Origin: Lichenihabitans sp.
GTDB taxonomy: Bacteria > Pseudomonadota > Alphaproteobacteria > Rhizobiales > Beijerinckiaceae
DNA: 64,000 bases
Assembly (NCBI GenBank): GCA_965214345.1
Contig: CBDCBJ010000005.1
Location: 11,744 to 75,743, forward strand
Reading direction: 5' to 3'
The translations under genes and the position numbers were made by a program. Position 1 is the first letter of the stretch; the number at the start of each line of letters is the position of its first letter. The notes under the pieces were generated by a model, which saw only the letters and a list, made by a program, of their open reading frames with translations, was not told the DNA's origin and did no database searches. Shown piece by piece: positions 9,543 through 19,870 of this stretch.

Positions 9543-10669
9543 AGCCGAGCCGCCGCGCGGTCCGCGCCCTCGCGCAGGGCGCGGAATTTCTTCCACGTCA
9601 CGGCGGGGTCGATCTTGCCATAGCCGGCGAACGTGCCGAAGCCGCAGTCCGACCCGGCGATGACACGCTCCGCGCCCACGAACGCGGCGAAGCGCTCGAT
9701 CCGCTGCGCAATCAGCTCGGGATGCTCGACATAGTTGGAGCAGCTGTCGATCAGCCCCGGCACCAGCACCTTGTCGTCGGGCACCCCGGCCTCGCGCCAC
9801 ACCGTCCATTCATGGTCGTGGCGCGGGTTCGCCGCCTCGAACAGCAATTGCGCGGGGCGCGCCGACAGCACGATATCGATGATCTTCTCCAGCGCGATAT
9901 CGCAGTCGTGCGGGCCTTCGTAATTGCCCCAGCAGATGTGCATCCGCATCCGCTCGGCCGGAATATTGGCCGTGGCGGCGTTGAGCGCCTCGACGTTCTG
10001 CGCCGCGCGGCGGAGGAACTCGGCCTCCTCAAGCCCCTGGAAGCCGGTATGCGCCGCCATCGCCAGGTCGGGGGCGTCGAGCTGGAGGTCGAAGCCGGCC
10101 GCCGTGATTGCTTCGTATTCGGGACGCATCGCGTCGACCAGGTCGGCGAGATAGGCGTCGTGCGTCGGGTAATGTTGGTTCGGCTGGAAGGCAGTGATGA
10201 GCCCCGGCGAGGCGGCGTTCATGAAGCCGCGGACGCCCTTCCCCTGCGCGTCGAGCGCGGCGCGGAAGCGGCGGATATCGACTTGCTCGTGCCCCGCCTC
10301 GCGCAGCCTCACCGGGCCGATACACGCCGCGCGGACGAACTCCTGCGACCCCGTGATCGCGGTCAACTTCTTGCGCAGTTCGGGCAGGTCAGCGAGATCC
10401 TTGGCCGGCGTGCGGTCGACATGCCCGCCGAACCCCTCGAGCCGATCGGTGACATAGGTCGCATAGCCGACCTTGCCGAGCTCGCCGTCGCTGACGATGG
10501 TGATGCCGTTCACCACCTGCTGCGCGACCGCCTCGGCAATCTCGCCCGAGACCAGCGCCTCAAATGCGGCGGTGTCAATGTCGCGGCCATGGTCGCGGGC
10601 GATCAGCATCTCGGCCAAAGCCGGACTGCGCGGCAGACTGCCGACGTGGGTCGTTTCGATATGGGTCAT
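9539..10669 (-). CDS. Cobalamin-independent methionine synthase (MetE C-terminal domain)-like methyltransferase family protein
   Basis: 376-aa ORF starting MTHIETTHVGSLPRS..., the typical N-terminus of single-domain MetE-like proteins. AGGAA RBS; starts 18 nt after the stop of the upstream aldehyde dehydrogenase. Confidence 0.8.
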   Translation of the reverse strand: MTHIETTHVGSLPRSPALAEMLIARDHGRDIDTAAFEALVSGEIAEAVAQQVVNGITIVSDGELGKVGYATYVTDRLEGFGGHVDRTPAKDLADLPELRKKLTAITGSQEFVRAACIGPVRLREAGHEQVDIRRFRAALDAQGKGVRGFMNAASPGLITAFQPNQHYPTHDAYLADLVDAMRPEYEAITAAGFDLQLDAPDLAMAAHTGFQGLEEAEFLRRAAQNVEALNAATANIPAERMRMHICWGNYEGPHDCDIALEKIIDIVLSARPAQLLFEAANPRHDHEWTVWREAGVPDDKVLVPGLIDSCSNYVEHPELIAQRIERFAAFVGAERVIAGSDCGFGTFAGYGKIDPAVTWKKFRALREGADRAAARL

Positions 10670-10687
10670 CGGTCCGTTCCTGCCCGT

Positions 10688-12157
10688 TCAGGCGAAGTAG
10701 ATCGTCTTGGTTTCCTGATAGGTCTTCAGGCCCTCGATCCCACCCTCGCGACCGATCCCCGACTGCTTGAAGCCGCCGAACGGCATCCCGATGTCGACGA
10801 TCATGCCGTTGATCGTCACGCTGCCGCTGCGCACCTCGCGCGCCACGCGATAGCCGTGTTCGGGGTCGGCGGTGTAGACCGCGCCGTGCAGGCCATAGTC
10901 GGTGGCATTCGCCCTGGCGATGAGGTCGTCCTCGCCGTCATAGTCAATGAACGATACGACGGGTCCGAAGATCTCCTCGCGCGCAATCGTCATGTTCGGT
11001 TCGACATCGACGAAGACCGTCGGCTCGATGAAGAATCCGCGGTTGAAGCCGACCGGCCGACCGCCACCGTGGACGAGCCGCGCGCCTTCGGCCCGGCCCT
11101 TCTCGATATAGCCTTCGACGCGGTCGCGCTGGCGTTCGAGCGTCAGCGGCCCCATGCCGGTGCCCGCGGCGAACGGATCGCCGACCTTGATCCGCTGCAC
11201 CGCAGCGATATAGGCCTCGACGAATTCTTCGCGCCGGGCGCGCGGGGTCAGGACCCGGGTCAGCGAAAAGCAGACTTGGCCGGTGATCGGCATCGAATAG
11301 GGCACGAGGCTCGGCAGCACCTGCTCGACCGTCGCGTCGTCGAGGATCATCGCCGCCGACTTGCCGCCGAGTTCGAGACTGACGCGCGCCAGGCGATCGG
11401 CGCAAGCGTGCGCGATCGCCTTGCCGGCAACGGTCGATCCGGTGAAGCTGACCTTGTCGATGCCGGCATGGCGGACGAGGTAATCTCCGGTGTCGCGGCC
11501 CGCCGGCAGCATGTTGAACACGCCGGGCGGCAGGCCGGCCGCGGCGATGCATTCCGCGAGGATATAAGCGTCGATCGGCGTTTCCGGCGACGGCTTGGCG
11601 ACGATCGTGCACCCGGCCGCCAGCCCGGCGGCGACCTTGTAGCAGAGCAGCACGAGCGGTGCGTTCCACGGCGTGATCGCCGCGACGACGCCGGCGGGTT
11701 CCTGCACGACGCGCGCCAAACCGCCCGACGACCGGCGGCGCTCGTCGACGAACGGATAGGTGTCGCACAGATCGGCATAGAAATCGAACAGGTCGGGCGA
11801 CTGGCCCGACGCGATCTTGGTGAAGCCGAGCGCCGCCCCGACCTGACCGGTCCACGCCTCGGCCAGTTCAGGGAGACGGGCGCGCAGGCCGACCGCCACG
11901 GTGCGCAACGCGGCCCCGCGCTCGGCCGGCGTCATCCTCGGCCATGGGCCCCGGTCGAACGCGGCGCGCGCGGCCGCGACCGCCACGTCGATGTCGGCGG
12001 GCGTCGCCTCGCGGTAGGTCAGCAGCAGGTCCTCGTTGTGCGGTGCGATCACATCGAGCCGGACGCTGCCGCGGCCCTCACGCCACTCGCCGTCGATGAA
12101 CAGCCCGGCGTCGCCGCGCGCGCGGATGCCGGCCAGCGTCCGATTGAGGTGTTCCAT
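10688..12157 (-). CDS. NAD(P)-dependent aldehyde dehydrogenase (candidate vanillin dehydrogenase by context)
   Basis: The ORF-track entry 10688..12505 was trimmed to the ATG at 12157 ([10 protein letters not shown]..., GGAAGGA RBS) because the upstream 116 codons are Arg/Pro-rich junk. ALDH motifs ELGGKSA, FTGST and GQVCFSLTR are present. Confidence 0.85.
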   Translation of the reverse strand: MEHLNRTLAGIRARGDAGLFIDGEWREGRGSVRLDVIAPHNEDLLLTYREATPADIDVAVAAARAAFDRGPWPRMTPAERGAALRTVAVGLRARLPELAEAWTGQVGAALGFTKIASGQSPDLFDFYADLCDTYPFVDERRRSSGGLARVVQEPAGVVAAITPWNAPLVLLCYKVAAGLAAGCTIVAKPSPETPIDAYILAECIAAAGLPPGVFNMLPAGRDTGDYLVRHAGIDKVSFTGSTVAGKAIAHACADRLARVSLELGGKSAAMILDDATVEQVLPSLVPYSMPITGQVCFSLTRVLTPRARREEFVEAYIAAVQRIKVGDPFAAGTGMGPLTLERQRDRVEGYIEKGRAEGARLVHGGGRPVGFNRGFFIEPTVFVDVEPNMTIAREEIFGPVVSFIDYDGEDDLIARANATDYGLHGAVYTADPEHGYRVAREVRSGSVTINGMIVDIGMPFGGFKQSGIGREGGIEGLKTYQETKTIYFA

Positions 12158-12177
12158 GGGCTCCCGTCCTTCCGCCG

Positions 12178-14298
12178 TCACCGATCGGCCATGCCAGCCA
12201 TCAGCATCAGGGCATCGAGCGCGATAACCCCCTGCCCTTCCGGGTAGACCATGACCGGATTGAGGTCGATCTCGCGCAGGTTCGGTGCGCTGCGCAGCAG
12301 CCGGCCGACGCGAGCGATCAGTCCGGCCAGCGCCGCGATGTCGAGCGCCGGCGAACCGCGGAAACCCGTCAGCAACGCGCCGCTCTTCAGCTGGAGAAGC
12401 TCGTCGACAATGGCGTCGGTCGACAGGTCGGCCGGCAGCAGCCGCACGTCGTGGAACAGCTCCGCCATGACGCCGCCGGCCCCGACGAGGACGACCGGTC
12501 CCCACTCCGGATCGTTGCGGCCGCCGACGATGAACTCGACACCCCGCGCGCCCATCGCCTCGACGAGGACGCCGTCGAGCGCGATGCCCGGCGCGTTCGC
12601 CTCGAGCGCTGCGTGGAGCTTCGTCCAGCCGACGGCCAAGCCCGTTGCGTCGCCGAGGCCGAGCACCACGCCGCCGACGTCGCTCTTGTGCGAGAGGTCC
12701 GGCGACTGGGCCTTGATCGCCACCGGCCAGCCGATCGCCGTCGCCGCCGCGACCGCCTCGGCGAGGCTGGTGACGAACGTGCCGGGAGGGAACGGGAAGC
12801 CGAGCGGTGCCAGCAGGGTCTTGGCGCGGTACTCCGGCACCACGCCCTCGCCGGCCAGCCCGATCGGCATCGGATCGGCGACCGCACGCGTATCGAACGG
12901 CCTCGTGGTCCAGCGGGCGACCGCCCGAAAAGTCCGGTCGGGTGTCGGAAAGTAAGGCACGCCGAGACTATGCAACGACGCAATATAGTGACCGGGAACC
13001 TCGGCACCATCGTCCACGCCGGTGAAGATGACCGGCTTCGTGCCCTTCAACTGGCGGATCGCGTCGATGATCGCCGGGAACTTGCGGTCCGCCGTCCGCC
13101 CATCGGTCTGGATGATGCTGAGGACGATCGACCCAAGCCGGTCGTCGCCCAGCAGCGCTTCGAACGTGCGGCGGTAGAGATCGGGGTCGACCAGCGCCTG
13201 CGCCGTCAAATCGACCGGGTTCGACACCCCGACGAAGTCCGGCAGCGCGGCGCGCAGCTTGGGGCTGTTGGCGTCGTCGAAAGGCGGCAGGTCGAGCCCG
13301 ATTGCTTCGGCGACGTCGAGCGCGAGCGCCTTGAATGCACCGGACTCACCGAGGATCGCCGTTCCCGGACGCATTGGGCCACACCGAACCGCAAGTTCCA
13401 GGACGTCAGCGACCTCTTCGAGATCGTGACAGACGACGACGCCGGCTTGCGTTACGAGCACACGCATCACCGCGTGATCGCCCGCCATGGCACCGGTATG
13501 GGTCGCCGCCGACTCACGTGCCGCGGCGCTTCGACCTGGATGCAAGAGCACGATCGCTTTGCCGGCGGCCCGCGCCCTCTTCGCTAGTCCGAGAAAGCGC
13601 GATGGATCGCGAAACTGCTCGACCACCAGAGCAATCGCCTGCGTGTCGTCGTCGGTGATCAGCCATTCGACGTAATCCTCGACGCCGCTCGCCGCCTCGT
13701 TGCCGGTCGAGACGAAGTAGGAAAGAGGGATGTCCTTAGCGATCAGAGTTGTCGCGATCACCGCCGCCATTGCGCCCGATTGCGACACTATGCCAACACG
13801 TTTGCCGGCGTCCGTATGCGGCACCGGCATGTCGACAAACGTCAGGGGCACGTTGTCGACGAAGTTGATCATGCCGAGGCAGTTCGGGCCTTCAATCACC
13901 ATCCCGGCCGCAGCAGCTAGCGCGCCGATCTCGCGCTGTTCCGCGATACCGTCCGCGCCGCCCTCTGCGAAGCCGGCCGAGAAGATGATCGCCGCACCGA
14001 CGCGCCGCGCCCCCAGCGCCAGGACGGCGCCGAGGACCGCTGAGCGCGGGATCGCTAGAACCGCGACGTCGACGTCCTCCGGCAACGCATCGATCGACGC
14101 TAGGCACGGACGTCCCTCGATTTCGGAGCGGCGCGGGTTGATCAGGTGGACCGTGCCTGGGAATGCGGCGCGCTCTAGGTTGATCAGCAGCGAATGACCA
14201 AGCGCGCCGGGAGTGGCCGAGGCCCCGACAATCGCGATCGACCGCGGCCGCAGCAGCCGGCCGACCGCAGCGGCCGGAAGCGGAACGCGCGCCGCCAT
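12178..14298 (-). CDS. ferA: ADP-forming acyl-CoA synthetase (CoA-binding plus ATP-grasp domains), FerA-type feruloyl-CoA synthetase candidate
   Basis: ORF trimmed to the ATG at 14298 ([27 protein letters not shown]...). It has an N-terminal CoA-binding domain, succinyl-CoA-synthetase-like middle and C-terminal ATP-grasp domain. That is the unusual architecture reported for FerA of Sphingobium sp. SYK-6. It lies directly downstream of the hydratase/lyase gene. Confidence 0.8.
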   Translation of the reverse strand: MAARVPLPAAAVGRLLRPRSIAIVGASATPGALGHSLLINLERAAFPGTVHLINPRRSEIEGRPCLASIDALPEDVDVAVLAIPRSAVLGAVLALGARRVGAAIIFSAGFAEGGADGIAEQREIGALAAAAGMVIEGPNCLGMINFVDNVPLTFVDMPVPHTDAGKRVGIVSQSGAMAAVIATTLIAKDIPLSYFVSTGNEAASGVEDYVEWLITDDDTQAIALVVEQFRDPSRFLGLAKRARAAGKAIVLLHPGRSAAARESAATHTGAMAGDHAVMRVLVTQAGVVVCHDLEEVADVLELAVRCGPMRPGTAILGESGAFKALALDVAEAIGLDLPPFDDANSPKLRAALPDFVGVSNPVDLTAQALVDPDLYRRTFEALLGDDRLGSIVLSIIQTDGRTADRKFPAIIDAIRQLKGTKPVIFTGVDDGAEVPGHYIASLHSLGVPYFPTPDRTFRAVARWTTRPFDTRAVADPMPIGLAGEGVVPEYRAKTLLAPLGFPFPPGTFVTSLAEAVAAATAIGWPVAIKAQSPDLSHKSDVGGVVLGLGDATGLAVGWTKLHAALEANAPGIALDGVLVEAMGARGVEFIVGGRNDPEWGPVVLVGAGGVMAELFHDVRLLPADLSTDAIVDELLQLKSGALLTGFRGSPALDIAALAGLIARVGRLLRSAPNLREIDLNPVMVYPEGQGVIALDALMLMAGMADR

Positions 14299-14305
14299 AT
14301 CGCGA

Positions 14306-15127
14306 TCAGCCCTTCTGGCGGCTAAGGTCGTAAGCGCCGAGACCGGGTTTGTAGCTCTTCTCGTCGAGGAACTGACGCGTGCCCTCCTTGCGTCCATGCG
14401 CGTCGAAGCTGTTCGCCGACTCCTGCGCGCGAATCAGATAATCCTCGGCATTGTCGTAGGTCATCTCGCGCACGCGGCGCAGCGCGTCCTTCGTCGCTTT
14501 GAGCGCCCACGGATTTTTGGCGAGAAGCACGTTGCACACCTCGGTCACTCGCTCACGCAATTGGTCGAGCGGTACCGCTTCATTGACCAACCCCGCCGCC
14601 GCGGCGGCCTTGCCGTCGAGGTTCTCACCCATCATCGCATGGTACATCGCCGTGCGGAACGGCATGAGTTCGGTGGCGACCTTCGACGCGCCGCCGCCCG
14701 GCAAGATGCCCCAATTTATCTCCGACAGCCCGAACTGCGCCTCTTCGGCCGCAAAAGCGAGATCGCACGCGAATAGGGGGCCGTAACCACCGCCGAAGCA
14801 CCAGCCGTTGACCATCGCGATCGTCGGCTTCTGATACCAGCGCAGCCGCTCCCACCACGTGTAGGCCTCGCGCTGCGCCGCCCGGGTGGCGCCCAGTCCC
14901 TTGCCCTCGTTCTCACGAAAATATTCCTTGAGGTCCATGCCTGCGGACCACGCGCTGCCTTCGCCCGACAGGACGAGGACGCCGACATCGTCACGAAATT
15001 CGAGCGCCTCGATTACCGCCAGCATTTCGCGGTTAAGCGCCGGGTTCATGCAGTTGCGCTTATCGGGCCGGTTGAATCGCACCCATGCTATCCGATCGAT
15101 CACTTCGCAAGCCACTGCATCCGACAT
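14306..15127 (-). CDS. ferB: Hydroxycinnamoyl-CoA (feruloyl-CoA) hydratase/lyase
   Basis: The 273-aa crotonase-fold ORF aligns by eye, along most of its length, with my recollection of Pseudomonas HCHL. Shared strings include GMDLKEYFRE, KPTIAMVNGWCFGGG, FGLSEINWGI and a C-terminal FLD.KS.KPGL.AY. Confidence 0.9.
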   Translation of the reverse strand: MSDAVACEVIDRIAWVRFNRPDKRNCMNPALNREMLAVIEALEFRDDVGVLVLSGEGSAWSAGMDLKEYFRENEGKGLGATRAAQREAYTWWERLRWYQKPTIAMVNGWCFGGGYGPLFACDLAFAAEEAQFGLSEINWGILPGGGASKVATELMPFRTAMYHAMMGENLDGKAAAAAGLVNEAVPLDQLRERVTEVCNVLLAKNPWALKATKDALRRVREMTYDNAEDYLIRAQESANSFDAHGRKEGTRQFLDEKSYKPGLGAYDLSRQKG

Positions 15128-15235
15128 TCTTAAGTCCGATCATCAAAGAAACGCGGCAGGGTCACAAGAATGCGTACCGCGCCAGGTGCCTCACCAGGTC
15201 CGCCGCATGCCATAGGCACGCGACGGCTGTCTTAC

Positions 15236-17734
15236 CTAGAAGTTCCGCTTCAGCGTTACTGCCCACGTCCTCGGTAGGCCAGGCTCGGCGCTAATGTATG
15301 CGGTTTCCTGGACAAGTGTCAGATAATAATACTTGTTAAATATATTACGCACCTCAACCGACACCTGCCAGTCTTTGTCTGCGGTTTTGTAGGACAGCCG
15401 ACCGTTTGCCAGAAAGTAGCCGTTGATCCGGTTCGATTCCGCATTGACCGGATCGGCAAAAACGCTCGACTGATAGTTGCCGTCGATCCGCCCGCTAACG
15501 ATACCATGATGGGTGTCGTAATCGTACTGAGCGCCGATGCTCCATTTGTACTTGGGCGTATACGGTGTGACGTCGTTGATGTTCACCTGAGCCAACCCGT
15601 TCAGCTTGGTGTACTTGAAGTCAAGATAGCTGAACGCGCCGTCGAACGACAGTCCGTCAACCGGATACACTTGCGTCTCAAGTTCGAAGCCCTTCACATC
15701 GGCGCTACCAATGTTGTTCGGCTGGTCGCAGGGCGTATCGGGGCAGGCCGAGAGCCGCAGGATAATGTCATTGTACTTGTTGTAGAAAGCGGCACCGTTG
15801 ACCCGTACGCGACGGTCGAAAAAGTCCGTCTTCACGCCAACCTCGTAAGTCGTCAGCGACTCTGGTCCGAACGCCTTGATCTGGTTACTCGGCGTGCCTG
15901 GGCCGTAATAGGGATAAGGATTGACACCCCCGCCCTTAAAGCCGGTCGACACCTGCGCATAGGCGAGAACCTGTTCGTTGAGGCGATAGTCGGCAACAGC
16001 GCGGTAATCGACACGCGTGCTCTTTGCCTGATCAGTGACGCCGTTCAGGCCGGTTATCAGACAGTTCGGGTTGTTGCCGATGCCGGTCGGACCGGCCGTC
16101 GGCGCGCCGAGGAAGAATTCGCAGGTGGTCGGGACGGTTCCGTCGGGATTGTGCCGCTGGTAGAGATAGCTCTTGCTGTCGTCGGTGTAGCGGATGCCGC
16201 CCGTGAAGTTCAGCGCATCCGTCGCGTGGAAGATCGCCTGACCGAACACGGCCTTCGAAACGACGTGGATCTTGTCGGGGCCGTTGAGAAAATCGAGACC
16301 ATCATAGTTCAAATCGACCCGGGCGGCGCTTGAGCTGTGAGACTCGAAATAATATGCACCGACGGTGGTGTCCAGCTTGTGATCAAAGAGGGCCGCATTG
16401 AGCCGAACTTCTTCGCTGACCTGGGAATGCGCGAGCTGATAATTCAGCTGCTCGACCGGCAAGGGCGAACCATCTTCGTCATGAGCATAATCATTCTCAT
16501 AATGACGATAGCCGGTAATCGACTTGAGCTTGAGCCCACTGCCGAGATTCCAGTCAATCGTTCCCTGGAAACCATAGGCTTGAAGATGATTAATCGGGTC
16601 GAATGCGATTGGCTTGAAAGGCGACTGTGACGTCGCCGGCGTTGCATCAAGGAAATTTGAGTAGCTGATATACCGCCGGTCGTGGCCCTTAAGGGTATCA
16701 CACGAGTTCGCCCCATACGGGACGAACCGACAATCATACGGAATGGCCGCGCCGGTATTGGTGTTCTTGACCCAGGCCTGCCCATCCGCGTTCGTCCCCG
16801 ATGCGTTGGCGTACAGCGTGACGGCGGCCCCCGCCTCGGACTTGTCGCTCGTATAGTCGCCAGAGACGTTAACCTCGATGTCGGGCGTCGCGACCCACCG
16901 CAAGGCGACCCGGCCGGCGACATAGGAAATCCCGCCGAGCGTCCCGATCTTGGGATCGGGGCCGGTGTTGAAGATCGGCACGCCTGAACCCGGATGGGTG
17001 CTACCGTAGTCGAGCCGCGTCACATAACCGTCCTGGCCCTTCGCCACGCCAGAGAAGCGAACGAAGAGATGGTCGGGCACGAGGGTGAGATCGGCCGAAC
17101 CGCGCACCTCGGTCCGGTTGTAAGAACCGTAGGTGGCCTGCACATATCCCGTGTCGCTGCCGTCGGGCAGCTTGGAATAAAGCTTGATCGCGCCGCCGAT
17201 CGAGTTCTTACCCGCCAGCGTTCCTTGCGGACCGCGCAAAACCTCGACCCGATCAAGATCGAGCAGGTCGAGCAGTGATCCGGTCAGCGTCGAATAATAA
17301 ACGTCGTCGACGTAAATTCCGACGCCCGGCTCCAGCGCGTAAGAGTTGTCGTTCTGACCGATGCCGCGGATAAACGCGACGACGCCCGAGCCATAGGACT
17401 GTCCGGCCGGGGCGAGAGTCACGTTCGGTGCCTGCGCCGCGATCTCATAGATGCTCGTCTGCCCCCGCGCCTCCAGCATGGCGGCATTAACCGCGGTGAT
17501 GGCTAGCGGCGTGTCCTGCAGTCGCTGTGATCTAAACTGCGCAGTGACGACGATATCCTGGGTCCGATCACCCGCGGTATCGGTCACCGTGTCGGGTGAC
17601 GCCGCCACGGCACCGGACGCCGTGTTGCCCACCGGTACCACTGGAGCAGCGGCCTGCTGGGCATTGACCGATGCGGACGAGAGGATCGCACAGGCGAGCG
17701 TGATTGAGGATAAGCCGTACGCGTAACGTGACAT
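15236..17734 (-). CDS. TonB-dependent outer-membrane receptor
   Basis: 832-aa ORF. Signal peptide (MSRYAYGLSSITLACAILSSASVNAQQ), plug-domain motifs (IVVTAQFRSQRLQDTPLAITAV, VEVLRGPQGTLAGKNSIGGAI) and a terminal aromatic residue (…TLKRNF). Confidence 0.9.
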   Translation of the reverse strand: MSRYAYGLSSITLACAILSSASVNAQQAAAPVVPVGNTASGAVAASPDTVTDTAGDRTQDIVVTAQFRSQRLQDTPLAITAVNAAMLEARGQTSIYEIAAQAPNVTLAPAGQSYGSGVVAFIRGIGQNDNSYALEPGVGIYVDDVYYSTLTGSLLDLLDLDRVEVLRGPQGTLAGKNSIGGAIKLYSKLPDGSDTGYVQATYGSYNRTEVRGSADLTLVPDHLFVRFSGVAKGQDGYVTRLDYGSTHPGSGVPIFNTGPDPKIGTLGGISYVAGRVALRWVATPDIEVNVSGDYTSDKSEAGAAVTLYANASGTNADGQAWVKNTNTGAAIPYDCRFVPYGANSCDTLKGHDRRYISYSNFLDATPATSQSPFKPIAFDPINHLQAYGFQGTIDWNLGSGLKLKSITGYRHYENDYAHDEDGSPLPVEQLNYQLAHSQVSEEVRLNAALFDHKLDTTVGAYYFESHSSSAARVDLNYDGLDFLNGPDKIHVVSKAVFGQAIFHATDALNFTGGIRYTDDSKSYLYQRHNPDGTVPTTCEFFLGAPTAGPTGIGNNPNCLITGLNGVTDQAKSTRVDYRAVADYRLNEQVLAYAQVSTGFKGGGVNPYPYYGPGTPSNQIKAFGPESLTTYEVGVKTDFFDRRVRVNGAAFYNKYNDIILRLSACPDTPCDQPNNIGSADVKGFELETQVYPVDGLSFDGAFSYLDFKYTKLNGLAQVNINDVTPYTPKYKWSIGAQYDYDTHHGIVSGRIDGNYQSSVFADPVNAESNRINGYFLANGRLSYKTADKDWQVSVEVRNIFNKYYYLTLVQETAYISAEPGLPRTWAVTLKRNF

Positions 17735-17906
17735 GATGCCCCCTCTAAGCTTCTAAGTCGCTGCCGGCCCTCGCGGAAAAGTCCTTGAGGCCGATCTTAA
17801 GTCATATCGTCACAGCTTCCTGCTCAGATCGCTTGCATTCCCGAGACACTCCATTTTTGCACTGCGCGACATGGCTGGGGGAGGTTAGGCTGGTGGCGTC
17901 CGACCC

Positions 17907-19127
17907 TCACTCAAGCGCCTCTACGAGCGTCGGCGCATGGCGAAGATGCACTTCGCCAAATTTCAGGACATCGGCAGGAGCCGGAATGCCGCCGTTGAGC
18001 ATGCGCAGCGCGTACGCCTGTTGCAGCTGCCTTGATGTCTGCTCATGGATCGGCGAGAAACGTCCGCCGGCGAAGGCTGGTGACGAGCGACCCCGATGCA
18101 CGCTCTCGACGATCCCGATGTCCTCGGCGTTCACGCTAACGATGCGCTCGAGCATCGTGGCGCGCGCGTCGGCGAGCGCCGCATCGGTCGCCGCATCGGC
18201 CCCGTTGACCATGACAACGACGCGCTCCCGTGTCCGTCCCGGTCCATCGGGGCACAAGATCACGGCGTACATGAGTTCTATCATCACGCCGAACAGCACG
18301 TTCGGGAAAAGAAAGTGCGACTCGCCCGTGGTCAGTTGCTCGGGCTTCAGGTTGGGAAAGCGCGGCAGGACATTCGCCGCCTCGTCCTCGAACTTCAGCC
18401 CGAGCAGGCCCTGACCAATGTAGGTGCTGCCGCCGAGGATCTGATAATGGTCCTCCATCGGATTATACCGGTTCATCGACGGATGGACCCACGGGAGATG
18501 ATAGCTCTCGACGAAATTCTCGACGACGATCTTCCAGTTCGCCTCGACCGTCGTCGCCGCTTCGCCGGCGCTGTGGAGCAGGGAAAAATCGTAGCCGGAG
18601 AGACGTTCCGCCATTGGCGCGATAAAGGAGTCGAATGGTTCGGCCGTACCGCTGACGTTCGCAAAGATCATGCCACAGAATTCGCCGATCGGCACTTCGC
18701 GCAGCCCCAGTTCGGAAGGCTCGATGCCCGGGGCGACGTCGATCCCGATCCCGCCGACGTGCGGCGTCTTGCGCAGCGTCCCGGACAGATTGTAGCTCCA
18801 CGCATGATAGGGACAGACGAGGGTCGCGCAATTCTGCCGCGGCTGGTCAGCGAGAATGGCGCCGCGGTGGCTGCAATGATTGTGGAATACGCGGAGCACG
18901 CCGACGCGGTCGCGCACCATGACGAGGTCGACCCCCGCCATCTTCACCGGATAGATGCTGCCCGGTCGAGCGGCATCGTCGCGCATGCCGATGCACATCC
19001 AGCCGCCATGAAACAGCGTCGCGCGCTCATCTGCAAAAATGGCGTCGGTGGTGAAGAAGTCACCCGACAAACCAATTAGGCCCTCGCTCACGGCGGTCAG
19101 ATGGGCAATCTGCGTTTCGTTCAACAT
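17907..19127 (-). CDS. Rieske [2Fe-2S] non-haem-iron oxygenase alpha-subunit-like protein (choline/betaine/carnitine monooxygenase-like class)
   Basis: 406-aa ORF with the Rieske motif CSHRGAIL...CPYHAWSY. AGGAAA RBS. No cognate reductase gene is visible in the window. Confidence 0.85.
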   Translation of the reverse strand: MLNETQIAHLTAVSEGLIGLSGDFFTTDAIFADERATLFHGGWMCIGMRDDAARPGSIYPVKMAGVDLVMVRDRVGVLRVFHNHCSHRGAILADQPRQNCATLVCPYHAWSYNLSGTLRKTPHVGGIGIDVAPGIEPSELGLREVPIGEFCGMIFANVSGTAEPFDSFIAPMAERLSGYDFSLLHSAGEAATTVEANWKIVVENFVESYHLPWVHPSMNRYNPMEDHYQILGGSTYIGQGLLGLKFEDEAANVLPRFPNLKPEQLTTGESHFLFPNVLFGVMIELMYAVILCPDGPGRTRERVVVMVNGADAATDAALADARATMLERIVSVNAEDIGIVESVHRGRSSPAFAGGRFSPIHEQTSRQLQQAYALRMLNGGIPAPADVLKFGEVHLRHAPTLVEALE

Positions 19128-19171
19128 CGTCTTTTCCTGTCAGCATACGAGGCGGGTTCGTCGATCGACGG

Positions 19172-19870
19172 TCAGAAGTGGACCTTCCCGATCGTCACGG
19201 TGAGCGGCGTCAGATGGGCGATCGTTAGCGTAATCGAATCACCGGGCATCACCGGCCCGACCCCGGCCGGGGTGCCGGTGTAGATCAGGTCGCCCGCCGC
19301 CAACCGGTCGAAGCGACTGAGATAGGCTACGATATCGGCGCACGACCACACCAGGTCGGCGAGGTCGGCGTCCTGCCGGACAACACCATTGACGTTGAGC
19401 ACCAGCCCCCCCGCCGTCGGATGCCCAACCTTGGAGGCTGGGTGGATCGGGGCGAGAACTGCTCCCTGGCTGAAGTTCTTGCCAAGGTCCCACGGCTCGC
19501 TGCGATCGCGGAACCCCAGCTGAATGTCGCGCCGCGTCATATCCAGCCCGCAGGCATAGCCGAACACATGGTCGAGCGCCTGCTCGACGGTTACTCTAAA
19601 GGTGTCCGCCCCGATCGCGATCACCAGCTCGCCCTCGTACTGATAGTCGGCGGTCTCGGGTGGATAGGCCAGCGTCGTGCCCGATGGGACCAGCGTATCG
19701 GCGAACTTGGTGAAGAAGAATGGCGGCGCTCGCTCATCATTACCCATTTCGCGCGAATGGGCGGCGTAGTTGCGGCCGACGCAATAGATGCGGCGCACCG
19801 CGACGGTCTCGGCCGAACCGGCGATCGCCGCGGTGACGGGAGCGCGGGCGGAGGGAGGTCGCATGATCAT
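19172..19870 (-). CDS. Fumarylacetoacetate hydrolase (FAH) family protein
   Basis: ORF 19172..20245 trimmed to the ATG at 19870, which overlaps the soxG stop (ATGA). FAH-family strings: IYCVGRNYAAHSREMG, YEGELVIAIG, DLIYTGTPAGVGPV. Confidence 0.85.
   Translation of the reverse strand: MIMRPPSARAPVTAAIAGSAETVAVRRIYCVGRNYAAHSREMGNDERAPPFFFTKFADTLVPSGTTLAYPPETADYQYEGELVIAIGADTFRVTVEQALDHVFGYACGLDMTRRDIQLGFRDRSEPWDLGKNFSQGAVLAPIHPASKVGHPTAGGLVLNVNGVVRQDADLADLVWSCADIVAYLSRFDRLAAGDLIYTGTPAGVGPVMPGDSITLTIAHLTPLTVTIGKVHF

Noticed and set aside
9722-12247. 841-aa plus-strand ORF, the second-longest plus-strand ORF in the track
   Set aside because: It is entirely antisense to the well-supported MetE-like and aldehyde dehydrogenase genes. 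Its translation is Arg/Asp/Gly/Ala-rich with no recognisable motif. This is a typical shadow ORF of high-GC DNA.
12158-12505. N-terminal extensions in the ORF track: ALDH (to 12505), ferA-like (to 14397), FAH (to 20245), kbl (to 51799), dadA-like (to 50184), GST (to 54067), NmrA (to 47463) and the glcG copy (to 48958)
   Set aside because: The extensions overlap the upstream genes, are Arg/Pro/Gly-rich and lack homology. Internal ATG/GTG codons with Shine-Dalgarno-like sequences, or start/stop overlaps, give family-typical N-termini.
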